Below are positions 24,827 to 37,092 of a DNA stretch of 64,000 nt, piece by piece. Origin of the DNA: Tricharina praecox (lineage: Eukaryota); NCBI RefSeq assembly GCF_024521635.1, contig NW_026250434.1:1-64000 (forward strand), read 5' to 3'. Positions within the stretch are counted from its first letter, which is position 1; the number at the start of each line of letters is the position of its first letter. The notes under the pieces were generated by a model. That model was not told the DNA's origin. It was given only the letters and a program-made list of their open reading frames with translations, and made no database searches. A program made the position numbers and the translations under genes.

Positions 24827-26129
24827 GTTGTGTTTGGGGGTGTGTGTGTGTGTGGAGAAAGAAGAAGAGAGCAGGCAGAGGTACGGTATCAGCAGCAGCA
24901 CGGGTAGGAGTACATTAACTAAGCAACCAAACAGAAGAAGTGGGAGGAGAAGATGAGCGCTTGAATTTGTTTAGTTTTTTTGCTTTCTGCTCTAGACTTG
25001 AGGTTCGGACGTGGCGGAGCAGCCTGCAGCGGGGGGGCGGAGAGGAAGAGGAGAGGGCGGGAAACGTGGTGGTTGGTCGTGGAGGTTGTCGGGTCTGCAC
25101 ACTTCAACTGACACCCTGCAGGAATGACGTTGCCTGCCCACCCACCGAGACAGATCAAATCTTCTCCTCTTTGACTTGCTGGTTGTAACTATGAGCGGAA
25201 ACACGCCCCTCCGTGATACGAAAATTAAGTTGCTGGAACGGCCTTCGTTTTCCAACTTCTTCAATCTCGAGGCAGAGAGCGCAGCTTAGAAGAAAGCGGG
25301 CACAATAGTGCTGTTTGTTAAGCGCCAGGCAGCAGACACGAACAAGCTCAATCAATCCATCACAGCTTCCCACCCAGCCGCGGCGATCGCACGAGTGCAG
25401 CATTCGTCACAGGGACGCACTTCCAATTTGATTGAACAAAAAAAGATACAGGAACCCACATTTGGTCGCCATAGTTCAGGTACTTCTTGGGCCGTATGCG
25501 ACAGTAAATCGATGTTCTCCCTCTTAAGAACCCACTTTCAACACAACAACTATCACCACCTCAGTCCAAACCACAGCCTAAGCATGAGTACATCTATTCC
25601 CTCGTCTATATTCATAAATACTTCAAAACCAAAGCCAAAAGATTAACTAGAGTAAATGCTACACCATATCCCCCTCCCTCAACGCCCTGCCTGGCTGATC
25701 ATCATACACCAATTATGGATTTACCGAACTATTCCGATCCGTCTCCAAGGGGTGTGTGTGCTGTGCTGTACCGTATATGACTTCGCAAAACATCAAGTCA
25801 TTATGGAAAAGGAAAAGAAAAAAAAATCCAAATCAAATCCCCATCCTTCACCTACGCCCCCCTGACAGAAAATGAAAATGAAAATGAAAAGAGAAAAAAA
25901 CTGTTTGTGTACAACAAATCTAGAAGGGATGAAGGTATCCGCAAGAGAGAAGAATTAAAAGTGCTAGCACTCGCCACTCGCACTTGTACTTACACTAGAA
26001 TACAAGCCGGATCGAATATCTGGAGACGAAGAGGTGAGGAGGGAAACCGCGGTTGTGGTAATAATAGGACGTGGAGTATATGGCTGCCGAAGCATTACCA
26101 CATGATCCGTCGACCCGAAGTGCGCCCGT

Positions 26130-27686
26130 CTAGAGAACTTTCTTGAGTTTGGCCTCGCCGTTGGCAACGACATGCCCGTTGGCCTTCTCGGTCAAGGTAA
26201 TCTCGATCGCGGGGTTGCTGTTGATCAAGGTGTTAGCGTTCACGTTGCATCCCGACGAATCAGAGGGAAGCGTACATCTCATCGCCCTGGTTGGAGCTCT
26301 CCTCATCGGCCTCGGCCTCATCTTCGCTCCTCTCATCGACCGCCTCCTTGTCCAACACGAAACGCTTCGCAATGCGCAGGATGAACCACAGCCAGAACAA
26401 ATTGACCGCTTGGAGACTGCCGAGAAGCGTTCCGGAGATGAATTGCGCAAGTGTGCACTTGTAGTACCCGGCCTGCCAGTCCAGGAAGAATGGCCCGATG
26501 GTCTTGAATTGCATCGGGATACTGATGATGATGCCGAGATTGATGTAGTGGCGCATGTAGATCCAGACGAAGATGAAGAACCCAAAATACGGACCGATCA
26601 GTGGATGGTCCAGGTAGTTCAGCGTCTTCGACGTAGCGAGGAAAAAGTCGCTAATGTCGTGCGTGACAAACACGGCAATCCCCATGTACGTGAAATGGAA
26701 CCTGTAGCTGAGCGAGATCAGAGACAGAGTGACCACGTGATGCAGTACCAGTTCCTTGAAGTCTTTGCGCGGCTTCTCCAGCTGCAAGAGGAGAACGATC
26801 GCCTGCTGAGTCCAGTATGCAGCCTGGAGGAGATAGTATGCCTTGAAGTCGGCCGTGTGCGTGTGGTGCGGGTAGCGCTCGTAGTATCCGGCAATGCGGA
26901 AATACCAGACTTCGGTGTGGTACATCACGTACAGTCCGTAGGGACCGAACACGGCAAAATACAACGCCGTGTATGTCTGCTCCATGAACCGAGCGACTTT
27001 CGCCTTCTTGGTGATGCCGCAGTAACGAGCGATGGGTCGCAGAAGCCGTTGCATCAACAGCTCCCGCGTGAAAGAGAAGAAAAAGGTGTAGAACAGAACA
27101 AAGCAGATGTCCCTAATCCCCTTGCCATACTGGATCGCATTGGGGTACATAGCCGTTGGGTCCGGTGGTCGAGGATACGACAGGAATATTGCCGAGTGCA
27201 GAGGATTATCGGGGGACGGGTGGATTGCGTAGCCAGCCAACGCGATCAAGATGACCACCAACGGATTCACTACCGACGACAACCACCTTCACAGTGAGCA
27301 CACTTGCACTTTCACTCCGCCATCGTCATCGTCATCACGCCGGGGAAGGAAGATGGTGGAAACATACGCCATGTATTCCGATACGACAGCTCTCGATACC
27401 ACGTCAAGAACGTCCTCGCTCGAGACCTCGACGACCGCCGTTCCTTCGACAGCGCTTGCCGCCGACTTTTCGATGCTGCTCTCTGCAAAACAGACGATGA
27501 CGCCGTCAGCAGACTGGTTCCAGCTTGCTTGTCCCCGTCCTCCTTCTCTGCGAACTTCAGGGGGTCGCGTGTAACGGGATAACACCACACCTGTGAAGTA
27601 GTTGTGCCCATAGTCGACACCGCCGGCGCCGACGTGTCCCCCCTGATGTCGGACCCGAGTGAAGACTTCCGCCGCGGTCTGGCCAT
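26130..27686 (-). CDS. LAG1: Ceramide synthase (TLC/Lag1 family, LAG1/LAC1-like)
   Basis: Lag1 motif EKPRKDFKELVLHHVVTLSLISLSYRFHFTYMGIAVFVTHDISDFFLATSKTLNY; N-terminus MARPRRKSS; spliced C-terminus ends KKVL. Confidence 0.93.
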
Positions 27687-30600
27687 GTTTGCAGCGACGA
27701 GGAGTGCGGACGGGAGGGTGACTGTTTAACGAGGCGTGTGTATTTGTTGAGGAATCCGACGATGACGCTGCTGCTGCTACGGGTGTTGTTGTTGTGTTGT
27801 TATTGTTGTGGTTGTTGTGGCTGCGCAGGGGAAGGTAACGAGTGTTCGATACGAGGAGGACGGAGGAATTGTAATCCCATACGCAAGCTTACGCAGCTGA
27901 GCCTGACCAGCGAGAACGTGCGTGCAACTGATATCCGGCGGTGATGATTCGAATCAAGCTGTGTGTATGGAAGAGGACAAGGAGGGTCTCCTATGTTATA
28001 CTGAGTAGTGGCGTGCAGGGCGGTCGTTCTTGAACACGACTGATTGGATTGGGAGCTCGGCATCTTTTTTAGTGCAGGGGCACCAAAACCATCATCGGCA
28101 TTATCGGACTCCGGGGGCGATCCTTAGTGTGACTGCGTGAGGGAAGGGAGAAGAAGTCTCCATCCTATGTACGTACTCTATGTGCCTAATGTATGTAGGC
28201 TTGCTTGAAAAGGAAACGAAGAAGAACAGAGAATTCGGCCAGTCCCACCGCCACTCGCAAAGCCCGAGCCGCCCAAGCCTAAGCCCGGGTGTGTTGGAGC
28301 TGAGCAGCATCCCTCCCCCAGCCCAGCCACGTAAGCAAGCCGCAACGCCAGTGTCGGCCGGAATTCAAAACTCGAGCGATCGCCGCAAGCCGCTGCCTTA
28401 CACGTGACCCCGGATCCGGAACCCGCAAGTACGCTCACCCGATCCACAGGCGTGGGGGCGAGCCCACCACGCGTAGCCAATCGTTTTGATTATCCATCTC
28501 CGCCCAACTACATGCATACATTCGGGCGGCCGGAAAGTCTTCGGACCCCGTGACCGGATGGGAGATCTGACCGTCGACACAATTCGTCTTTTGCTACGAG
28601 CTTCTCTCTAATCTTATTCCATCCACTCTATGTAATAGTCACGTCGGTCCACAAACTTTCCGGCCGGCCGCCCGAGTACATAGAATACAGAGCACCTACT
28701 ACCTATAGTAGTACATTCTGACTTATCTACAGACTTTCCTTGGCACGATGCCAGGATTCTGCTGTAAGCTCCCTCCTGACCTCCAACTGCAGCTATGCAT
28801 CGGCACGATGAGATTCCGAGGATGAGCGAATGGTAGCGGAGGATAGTGGGGGAAAGGGCTGAAGCAGACTTCGGTAAAGACTTGGGCATTTCGCCAGTAG
28901 GGATCAAGTGCGTGGAGAAAGCTTAAGTCTTGTATGCTTAATTCATGAACACGGCATTCTTCTAGTGGTCTATGTATTTGGGCGGCTCCTCTCTCCTGAG
29001 TCTTGATAAATCCCCCAAGCTGTAGCTTGAGAGAAGACGGAGTGAGAGAAGACAGAGTAAGTATCGGGGAAGAACCGTCACCAGAAAAAAAGGCGAAATA
29101 CCATTGCTCATGTCCTCTTTCTATGCAAACCAAAATACATATTGCTTCTCTTCCAACGCCAGTATTACCACCACACAACAACTCGGAAGATGAGGGGATA
29201 TCAGAGACCAGAGATGTTCTCAAACAGGACAAACCGTATAGCCAGGTAGTTTATATGGCATCAAGGAAGCCCTACAAGATATACACTCCTACACATCGCG
29301 TCACTCGGCCTTCAATCTTGATATTCCCTGCAGGGAGATGAGGAGTCAGGATGGAGGGTGGTATTATGGTTGTATGGTTTTGGAATGGACGAGGTATGAC
29401 CATGGGAGGTGTGGCCGAGAAAGAACGAAGGTGATAACAATTATAAAGAAAATACAGTACACAAAATAATATGTTGATCTACTCCAAAGGATTCGTCGTC
29501 AACAAACGAGCCAAGAAGGTTTTCCATATATACGCCGAGTAGGTATGTAGGCGCATGCTAGATGCCGGGCGTGCTTGATGGATGCGATGAGCATTTCTTT
29601 GTTTGATCCCACACATCGCAGGCTGCGTAATTCCACTCTACCTCCACGTATTGTATTCAACACTGTCCCAAATTCCAACACTATCCCAGCTCTCCCACTC
29701 CCATCTTACACACCATTCACCCAAGTTTCGCACTTCCTCCTCTTCTTCATCATCAACTTAGCCACCCACTTCAGCACCTTCGGCTGCTTCCGGCTCTTTT
29801 CGCTGCCCCTGATGGAGACCAAATCTACCGGACTACTACTTCCCGGCTCCAGCGGTGACAGCTCAAATCTCTCCTCGAACCGCGAGCCGGTGGATACGCG
29901 GAGCCATGCTTTCTCCTGTGTCTGAATGTCAGCCATGCTTAAATACGGTGAGGATATGTGGACTTGTCCTACTGATACCGGTAGACTGTCTCCACCAGCG
30001 ACCTGGGCTGGCACTGTGATGGTGAGTGGTGTGGGGATCTTCGCGAACATGGGCTTTCCGTTCGATGGTGAAGTCGTGACTGGTTAAGCGTTGGATTTGG
30101 TAGGTAGGAGGGTGTGAGGAGACAGAAGTATTTACGGTTCACGGATGAGTAAAATATGGAAATGTATCTGCTGGCTTTCATCTTGAATTTGTGGGGCTTG
30201 TGCTGCTATTGAATGGGTTTCTCGTCATGAGTGGTCAGGTTCTTTCGTCCCATTGGTGGAGTTCGCGTGATTTGGTTGGAATCATGGAGAATGATCGTTC
30301 TATGGAAAGGCCATCAAAGGTGATTCTTGCACATAATTCATGTTGCGTACCTGGGACCTATTGTATGTACGAGTAAGTACTGGAGAGCCGCCGGCGTGCC
30401 TGGCCCGGGTCAAAGGGCTTCGTGAGCGTCAATCCGGGTGATACTCTGTCAACTACTGTGGCTTAATGGCTCCTCCCAGCCTCGATCCTCCTCAAACGCG
30501 AAGGTCCGAGTGATATTATGTGAACCATTGTAGCTCAATGGCTTCTCATAGTCTTGATAAACCTCAAGAGTCTCCGCTAGCGCTATCACGACCCGTATAT

Positions 30601-30729
30601 AATCAAGTTCTTTCGACCCTCTTATTCCTTCCTACAAATTCTCCCTTACGACAGCATCTTCCGACAGCTTCCTCCTACAACTTCTTCCAACATCTTCCAA
30701 CATCTTCCTTCCAGAATTAAAGATTCAAG

Positions 30730-31357
30730 ATGAGAACCCGCAGCAACTTGTTCGTACCAGTTCCCACCACTCTCATCACGTATGAACTTACAAGCTACCA
30801 GCGAGTACACCCTCCCAGCGTGGAAGCGCCTCCCACCGCGACGTCTCAGCTGCACCGCCCTCGACCTCGTCCTACCGATCCACGCAGGCAACAAGAACCT
30901 CAACACCCGTCGGAAGATGCAGCGGGTAGCGAGAATGATCCAGCGAGTCAGCCACAACGAGGCGATCCAGTCGCAGCGCGACTTCATCTCTGACTGGCAG
31001 GCGGCGCACCCCACGACCGACGAGGAGCAGGCCGCATACAAGGCGATGCTCGAGGAGGCGGAGGCCGAGATCGTGGCCGGCCGCAAGGGCGGGGAGGGCT
31101 GGCTGGATATGAAACTATCCGAGGAGAAGTACTGTCCCGGCGATTACGAGCATTGGTTGGCGGAATACTTCTGGGTGGGGAAGCCGCAGGCGCCGCCGAT
31201 GAAGTGGACGAAGAAAGACCACAAAAAATTCATCAAGAAGAGGTACCCTAATGGGTATCCTCATATCCAGCAGCTGGAGGCGGAGAAGAAGAGGGGGAGT
31301 ATCTTGGAGCGGCGGAGGAGGAGGGCCTTGAGGTTGAGGAGGAAGGGGAAGTACTAG
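30730..31357 (+). CDS. Hypothetical basic protein, probably 2 exons (30730-30749, 30802-31357)
   Basis: 191-aa ORF with coding-like codon use. A GTTCGT donor and TACCAG acceptor in matching phase link it to an ATG at 30730. The C-terminus is Arg/Lys-rich. Confidence 0.55.
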
Positions 31358-32158
31358 ACGCATAATGAGTGCCTTATGGCCAGTTGCGCAATGACAGCGA
31401 TACCACTTCTTCATCAGACAGCAAGACTAGATTCTATATCTGTGACTACTTGACTGCCATCGGTTTTTTATTTGATCATACTCGTGTTTAGCTTACTTGG
31501 TCTATGGTGGTGTACTTTTTCTCTATTAGTCTGCCCTCGGATTCTTTAAAATTCTACTTCATAATTTCTCCAATCGAATCATTTCCCATGAATTAACCAC
31601 ATACTGTACAAAAAGTAAAAATTGACATTATATTAATCCAGCAGGCTTGTCGACACGGTGACCCAATGGTGTTAGTTAGATATCAACACGAAAAAAATGG
31701 TGTATTAATCCGTAGGTATTTTCAAATCCAAGGGTTACTACTGTATCAATTTTCCCCGGTTTTTGCTAAGTATTGTACCTACAGATACCTGAAATGCCCA
31801 TAGCCGAACATGGGAAACTATCATGTTTCATCCGAAACCCATAGGCAACTGCAGCCATTATCAAGTCTCACATAAATAATATTAACTGATCCGAACTTCT
31901 ACTGAGGGGTGACGTATGGTGGTCACGACTTTCGGTGTGGCGCCAGACGAACTACACCCCTGCCCCGTCGAGTTCATACTTTGGGGAGACAGCGGACTAA
32001 GGAGCTGTAGGGGGTTAGCGCTGCCAAGGAATGAAGGTGCATGTGGTGCTATCGAAAGAAAAGTAACCACCCCTCCATCGTCATCGTGATATCCGCAACT
32101 TCCACAACCAAACCACGCACTCCTCCTCCAATCAACCGGGAAGGTCAATCCCGCCACG

Positions 32159-33585
32159 ATGCTCTCCCGAACGATCCAGCATTCCCTCCGCCGGAGCGCC
32201 GCTGCGTTCACCAAGCCACTCACAGCAGCAACATCACCTCACCTCCAGACCCGCACATATGCCCAGCAACCACCGAAAGACAGCACGCCTGCTGAGTCCG
32301 AGCCGATCCTTCCGACCGATGCCACTGCCTCCCCTCTCGAGAATGCTTCCACCACTACCCGAGATCCTCCCCAGGATGCGGCCGAACAGCCCGGCCCCAG
32401 TACCGGCTCGCGCTCGCGCTCCAAGACTGGCGGCGATGGACTCCCACGATCTGCGTACGTCTCGTCGACCGACCGGAGACGCAATGCTATGGCAAAGTAC
32501 TCCGCCTATGCTGCACTGCTAGGTTTAGTCGGCGGCACACTGTACCTTGGGCGTGATTTGGAGCCGGATGAGAAGGAGGTACATCCGACTATTGGCAGTG
32601 GATGGGACGAGTTCTTTGTGCGCGTGAAAGCTCGGTCAAACGACTTCATGAGCTTCTACAATGAGCCGCCGTTCGACAAATTACTGCCCGATCCTATTCC
32701 CGAGTATGGCCGGCCGTATACACTTGTGATTGCGCTTGAGGACCTGATGATCCATTCGTCGTGGTCGCGCGAGCACGGCTGGCGGATTGCGAAGCGCCCC
32801 GGATTGGATTACTTCCTTGCCTACCTGTTTCAATACTATGAGGTGATCGTGTTTACAAACCAGCCCGAGGCAATGGCCGCGCCCATTCTGCAGAAGGTCG
32901 ACCAGCAGCCTGGATACATCATGTTCCCGCTGTTCCGTGCGCACACCAGATACGTGGACGGAAAGTATGTGAAGGACCTTAACTACCTCAACCGCGACTT
33001 GAGCAAGGTGGTAATGCTGGAGACGAACCCGGATGCGTGGTCCGCGAACCCTGACAACACCGTCAAGCTGCCGCCGTGGAAAGGCGATGCCAATGACCGC
33101 GATCTGGTAGCGCTGATCCCGTTCCTGGAGTACATCGCCGCCATGGGTGTGAAGGATGTTCGGCCGATCATCAAGGACTTTGAGGGCACACACATCCCAA
33201 CCGAGTTCGCCCGGAGGGAAGAGCTCATCCGGATGCAACTGAGGAAGGAGCTCGGACAGAAGAAAACAAAGAGCAAGGGGCCGCCGTCGTGGATGGTGAG
33301 CGCGCTTGGTATGAGGCCGAAAGACGATCAGGAAGAGGATGTCAAGACTTTCATGGATCTCGCCAGAGAACGCGGCCAGCAGAGCTACCTTACCAACCAG
33401 AAACATCTGGAGTCGCACCGTGAAGATATGTTGAGGGAGCAGCAGCAGGCTGAGAAGGAGATGGCCGAGCAGATGAAGACCAGTCTATCCAAGATCTTTA
33501 CTGAGGTGAGTTCCAGCGCCCGCTTTTTTTGGCGACTGATGAACTAACGGTGAGATAGGGTCTGCCGAAGCAGCCAGGACAGTAG
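32159..33585 (+). CDS. TIM50: Mitochondrial import inner membrane translocase subunit Tim50
   Basis: Presequence-like N-terminus, one TM segment, and an FCP1/NIF-like domain (LLPDP..PYTLVIALEDLMIHSSWSREHGWRIAKRPGLDYFL; KDLNYLNRDLSKV). A short last exon follows the intron at 33506-33558. Confidence 0.96.
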
Positions 33586-33906
33586 ATGGACAGATTGTTA
33601 CGGGGGAGGAAATGTAAGAAATTCGGCGACTGTATCATAGGAGATTGTGCTCTGCTCTTTCATTACCGTACTTTGGAATGAACATACTACCTATACTGCT
33701 TTTTTAACTTCTGTTATGCGAAAGTTTTGGAAATGGGAACGGCGGGACGGGTGGGTTTGTAATCCACTCGAGAGAAGAAGATGGGTGTTGGATGTTCAAG
33801 TGCTATGTACTTGATGTACGATAGTGTTCTGAATACAGCGACGAATTCCGTAGATGATGCTGGACGTGGTCCGATGTCTCCCGCAGTTGTGTAAATCAGA
33901 GGCTGG

Positions 33907-33951
33907 CACGTGACACATCACGTGAAGGCTACCACCGGGTAATCTCACGTG
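33907..33951. promoter_or_regulatory. Three CACGTG E-boxes (bHLH/Cbf1-type sites) upstream of MRP17
   Basis: CACGTG at 33907, 33919 and 33946, about 85-130 bp upstream of the ATG at 34036. Confidence 0.5.
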
Positions 33952-34035
33952 CCCCCACAGCCAACCTTTTCCCTACAGCGGCGGGCGGGCATCAGCAGCC
34001 CTCCCGGACACCCCCACCACACGCACGACTACAAA

Positions 34036-34437
34036 ATGCTCTACGAACTGATCGCCTGTGTACCTCTCCCCCGCGCTCTGCTTTTACCCCCCGCGTTTCA
34101 ACCTCACTAACCTCGGATTTTTCCCCCGCGCCAGGTCCGCCCCAGCGCCGCCGGCCTGGGCGAAGTCCGCGAGATCGCGAAAACGTGCGGGATGGCGGTG
34201 CTGCAAGGCGGCGGCGTGATCCGCACGATCCAGAACTGGGAGAAGCTCATGCTGCCGCGCCGCGTGCGGAAACATCAAACGTACTACGACCGCGGGCACT
34301 ACTTCCTCATGCGCTTCGACGCCGCCGCCGCGACCCAGAAGAGGATGAGGGACGTCCTTGGCCTCGATCCCAGGATGGTCAAGTTCAGCGTCGTCAAGGT
34401 CGGGCAGAAGTTGGAGGATGTGGTGAAGAATGAGTAG
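34036..34437 (+). CDS. MRP17: Mitochondrial ribosomal protein S6 (Mrp17); 2 exons
   Basis: Spliced MLYELIAC|VRPSAAGLGEVREIAKTCGMAVLQGGGVIRTIQNW...GHYFLMRFD...LGLDPRMVKFSVVK. Confidence 0.92.
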
Positions 34438-34980
34438 GCTGGTGGGATGGATGTACGGGGGGGAGGGGGGTGTACGATTATGGATTTGATGCGTGCCCGG
34501 GCGTGTGGAGAAACAGGCTGGGCAATATATTGTGTTCCGGGCTACATGGCTGGTTTTGGTACGGTGGAGAGAACTCACCCGCTTGCTGGTTTGGGGTCTT
34601 CGGGACAATTCTGCTGCCGGATTGACCTCGGGGAAGGCAGCGCCTATGTGTGAGACCGCCCATTCATGCGCTTTCCATAGCTCTATACGTACAATCATCA
34701 CACGTCCACGGTCGTGCATCAATATCTACTGGTACAATGCTCTTCCCATGCATCCATCACACTCCAGAACCCAACGCAAAAGAAACCGAGAAAGATATCC
34801 ACCTCCGCAGAAACAAGAAGAAATAAAACAATTGCCGACACAGCCTAGCTAGATACATAGCAGGAAGCTACTTACCAACGGCCTGTGTGCTACCATTGGT
34901 TGCGCTCGTCTCGTTCTGTGCCTCTGAATCCGCCACAAACAGACCCATCCACTCCTAATTGGCTCCATGGGACGAAGCGA

Positions 34981-36175
34981 CTAAGCCGATGGACCGCCGT
35001 CCTCATTCTCGACAAGGACGACCGACTCTCCCAGTTGACTACCCTCGTCGTCTTCGCGAGTTGCATCAGCCTTAGCAGCTTCCTCGGTGTGCTTAGCCTT
35101 TTCTTTGGCGATCTTGTCCGACTCGATCTTCTCTAGGATCGGGACACACCCGCCAACGACCAATTTCTGGGCAACAGCATGGCCAAAGACCTCAGCCTCA
35201 GCCTGGCTGCTAACCTTCGCGCGCTCATCCGCCTCGACATTCTGTGTGCCATCCAGACTGGATACACGGACAAGCATGTGCAGAGCACCATCCTCTTCCC
35301 AAGTAGTCTTGACACCGATGGGGACACTGCAACCGCCCTCGAGAGTACGCAGGAGTTCACGCTCAGCGTAACAGGCCAATGCGGTAGGCCCATGAGTCAG
35401 TCCTTTGAGAACTTCGACGATATCGTCATCGCCGGCGCGGATCTCGATGCCGATTGCGCCCTGGCCGACGGCGTGGAGGACCTCGGGTGCATCGAGGTAT
35501 TCGGTAATGCGATCACCAAGACCAAGTCGCAGAAGACCAGCGGCGGCCAGGATTAGCGCATCGTATTTGAACTGGGGGAGGTTCTCGACGTTGTCGAGTT
35601 TTCTGAGTCTGCTGGGAACGTTTCCGCGGCAATCGACGAGGACGAGGTGGGGGTAAAGACGTTTGACTTGAGCCATGCGGCGGACCGAGGAGCTACCGAT
35701 GATCGCGCCATCGGGAAGCTCGGAGAGGGACTTGTAGGGGTGGCCAGCACGGACCACGAAGGCGTCGCGGGGGTCTTCGCGCTCCAGGATAGCGGCGAGA
35801 CTGCAGGTTTCGGGAAGCACGGTCGGCATGTCTACGGAAGTTTATCGTCAGCAACGAAAATTCAAATGCTCGGGAAGGATTAAACACACCCTTCAGAGAG
35901 TGGACGATGATGTCCACCTTACGGACAACAAGCATATCCTCAAGTTCACTAGTCCATAAGCTTTTACGTTCCATCTCGTGTAGTGCAACGGTCTGATTCT
36001 TGTCTCCGGCAGTCTTGATAGCCTGTCTTCCGATCTCGAACTCGGGGCCGAACTTCTGGCGCAAGAACTTTTCCACGATAGCGGTCTGGGCTAGAGCCAG
36101 CACCGAATCCCGGGTTCCCAGCACAACGCCGGGGCGTTTCTTGTTGGGGTTGAGGTGAGGGGTGATTTGCGACAT
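34981..36175 (-). CDS. HEM3: Porphobilinogen deaminase (hydroxymethylbilane synthase); 2 exons
   Basis: GTRDSVLALAQT, KSLWTSELE, VHSLK|DMPT, REDPRDA, GSSSVRR, RGNVPSRLRKLD, AVGQGAIG and LEGGCSVPIG motifs. Confidence 0.97.
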
Positions 36176-37092
36176 GATTGCGGCGCAGATATATGCCAGG
36201 AGGTAGGAAAGCATCGTGGCGAGGAGATGGGGAGGAGGTGGGTCCTCAGTGGCGGCGTTAGGTTTGGTGTCTATATACGGGTCCTAGTGCGCACGAGTAA
36301 GCGATGTCTCCGTGCGGGGGTGCTCTATGGAGACATTTACCGTAACTTCGGATTGGTGAATACGGTCGCGGGAACAATCACGGGAGCAAATTCGAGCAAT
36401 TAATAGCAACAAATGTGGTCCTCGCCGTCCTTGCAGCGGCTACGAGTGTGGGACCCGGTTATGCCTCGGTGTGGCAATGATGGTGGTGATGGTGGTATCT
36501 GTGGAGGAGTTCTGCTGTGGTACAACATGCCGTCTATATAACCATCCCCGCGCCCAGGGGGGTCCCTTAACTTGTCAAAAAATCACCGGTATGTATGACT
36601 AGTACATAAAGCCGCGGTCCCTTGCCCATGCAGCAATTGTCGTCGGTGGCACGTGTCGTACTCACCATTTTCCATAAATTCGCATCCTCACAATAACTAA
36701 AGCTTTTCAATGGGTCATGGATCGGTATAAAAGGAATTGAAAGTCGATATAGTAACTGTACATTTTCCAACACCAAAACAACCCGCAAACCCCACCCAAA
36801 GTCCAGCATAAACTCCCTAAAGACTCCAAAAAATGTATCTATGATGGCATTGCCAAACAAAAACTCCAGATGTCGGCCCAAGAAATTCCTCGCCAAAGGG
36901 TGACAATCCCTTGCGGTCTCTAGTGATAGCCATACAAATACCGCGTTAAAGGTGACGTGAGTTCGTATGTTTGCTATCGGACATCCGTCATAATCATCGT
37001 TAATCACCCGCGAACCCGCCGCGAAGTGATGCGCGAGATGCTGGTAGTCGATGTGCAACTGCATTGCCGGGCAAAGCCTCATCACCTGTACA

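Noticed and set aside
28700..30200. Minus-strand ORFs (e.g. 29706-30050)
   Set aside because: No recognisable motif and no convincing exon chain.
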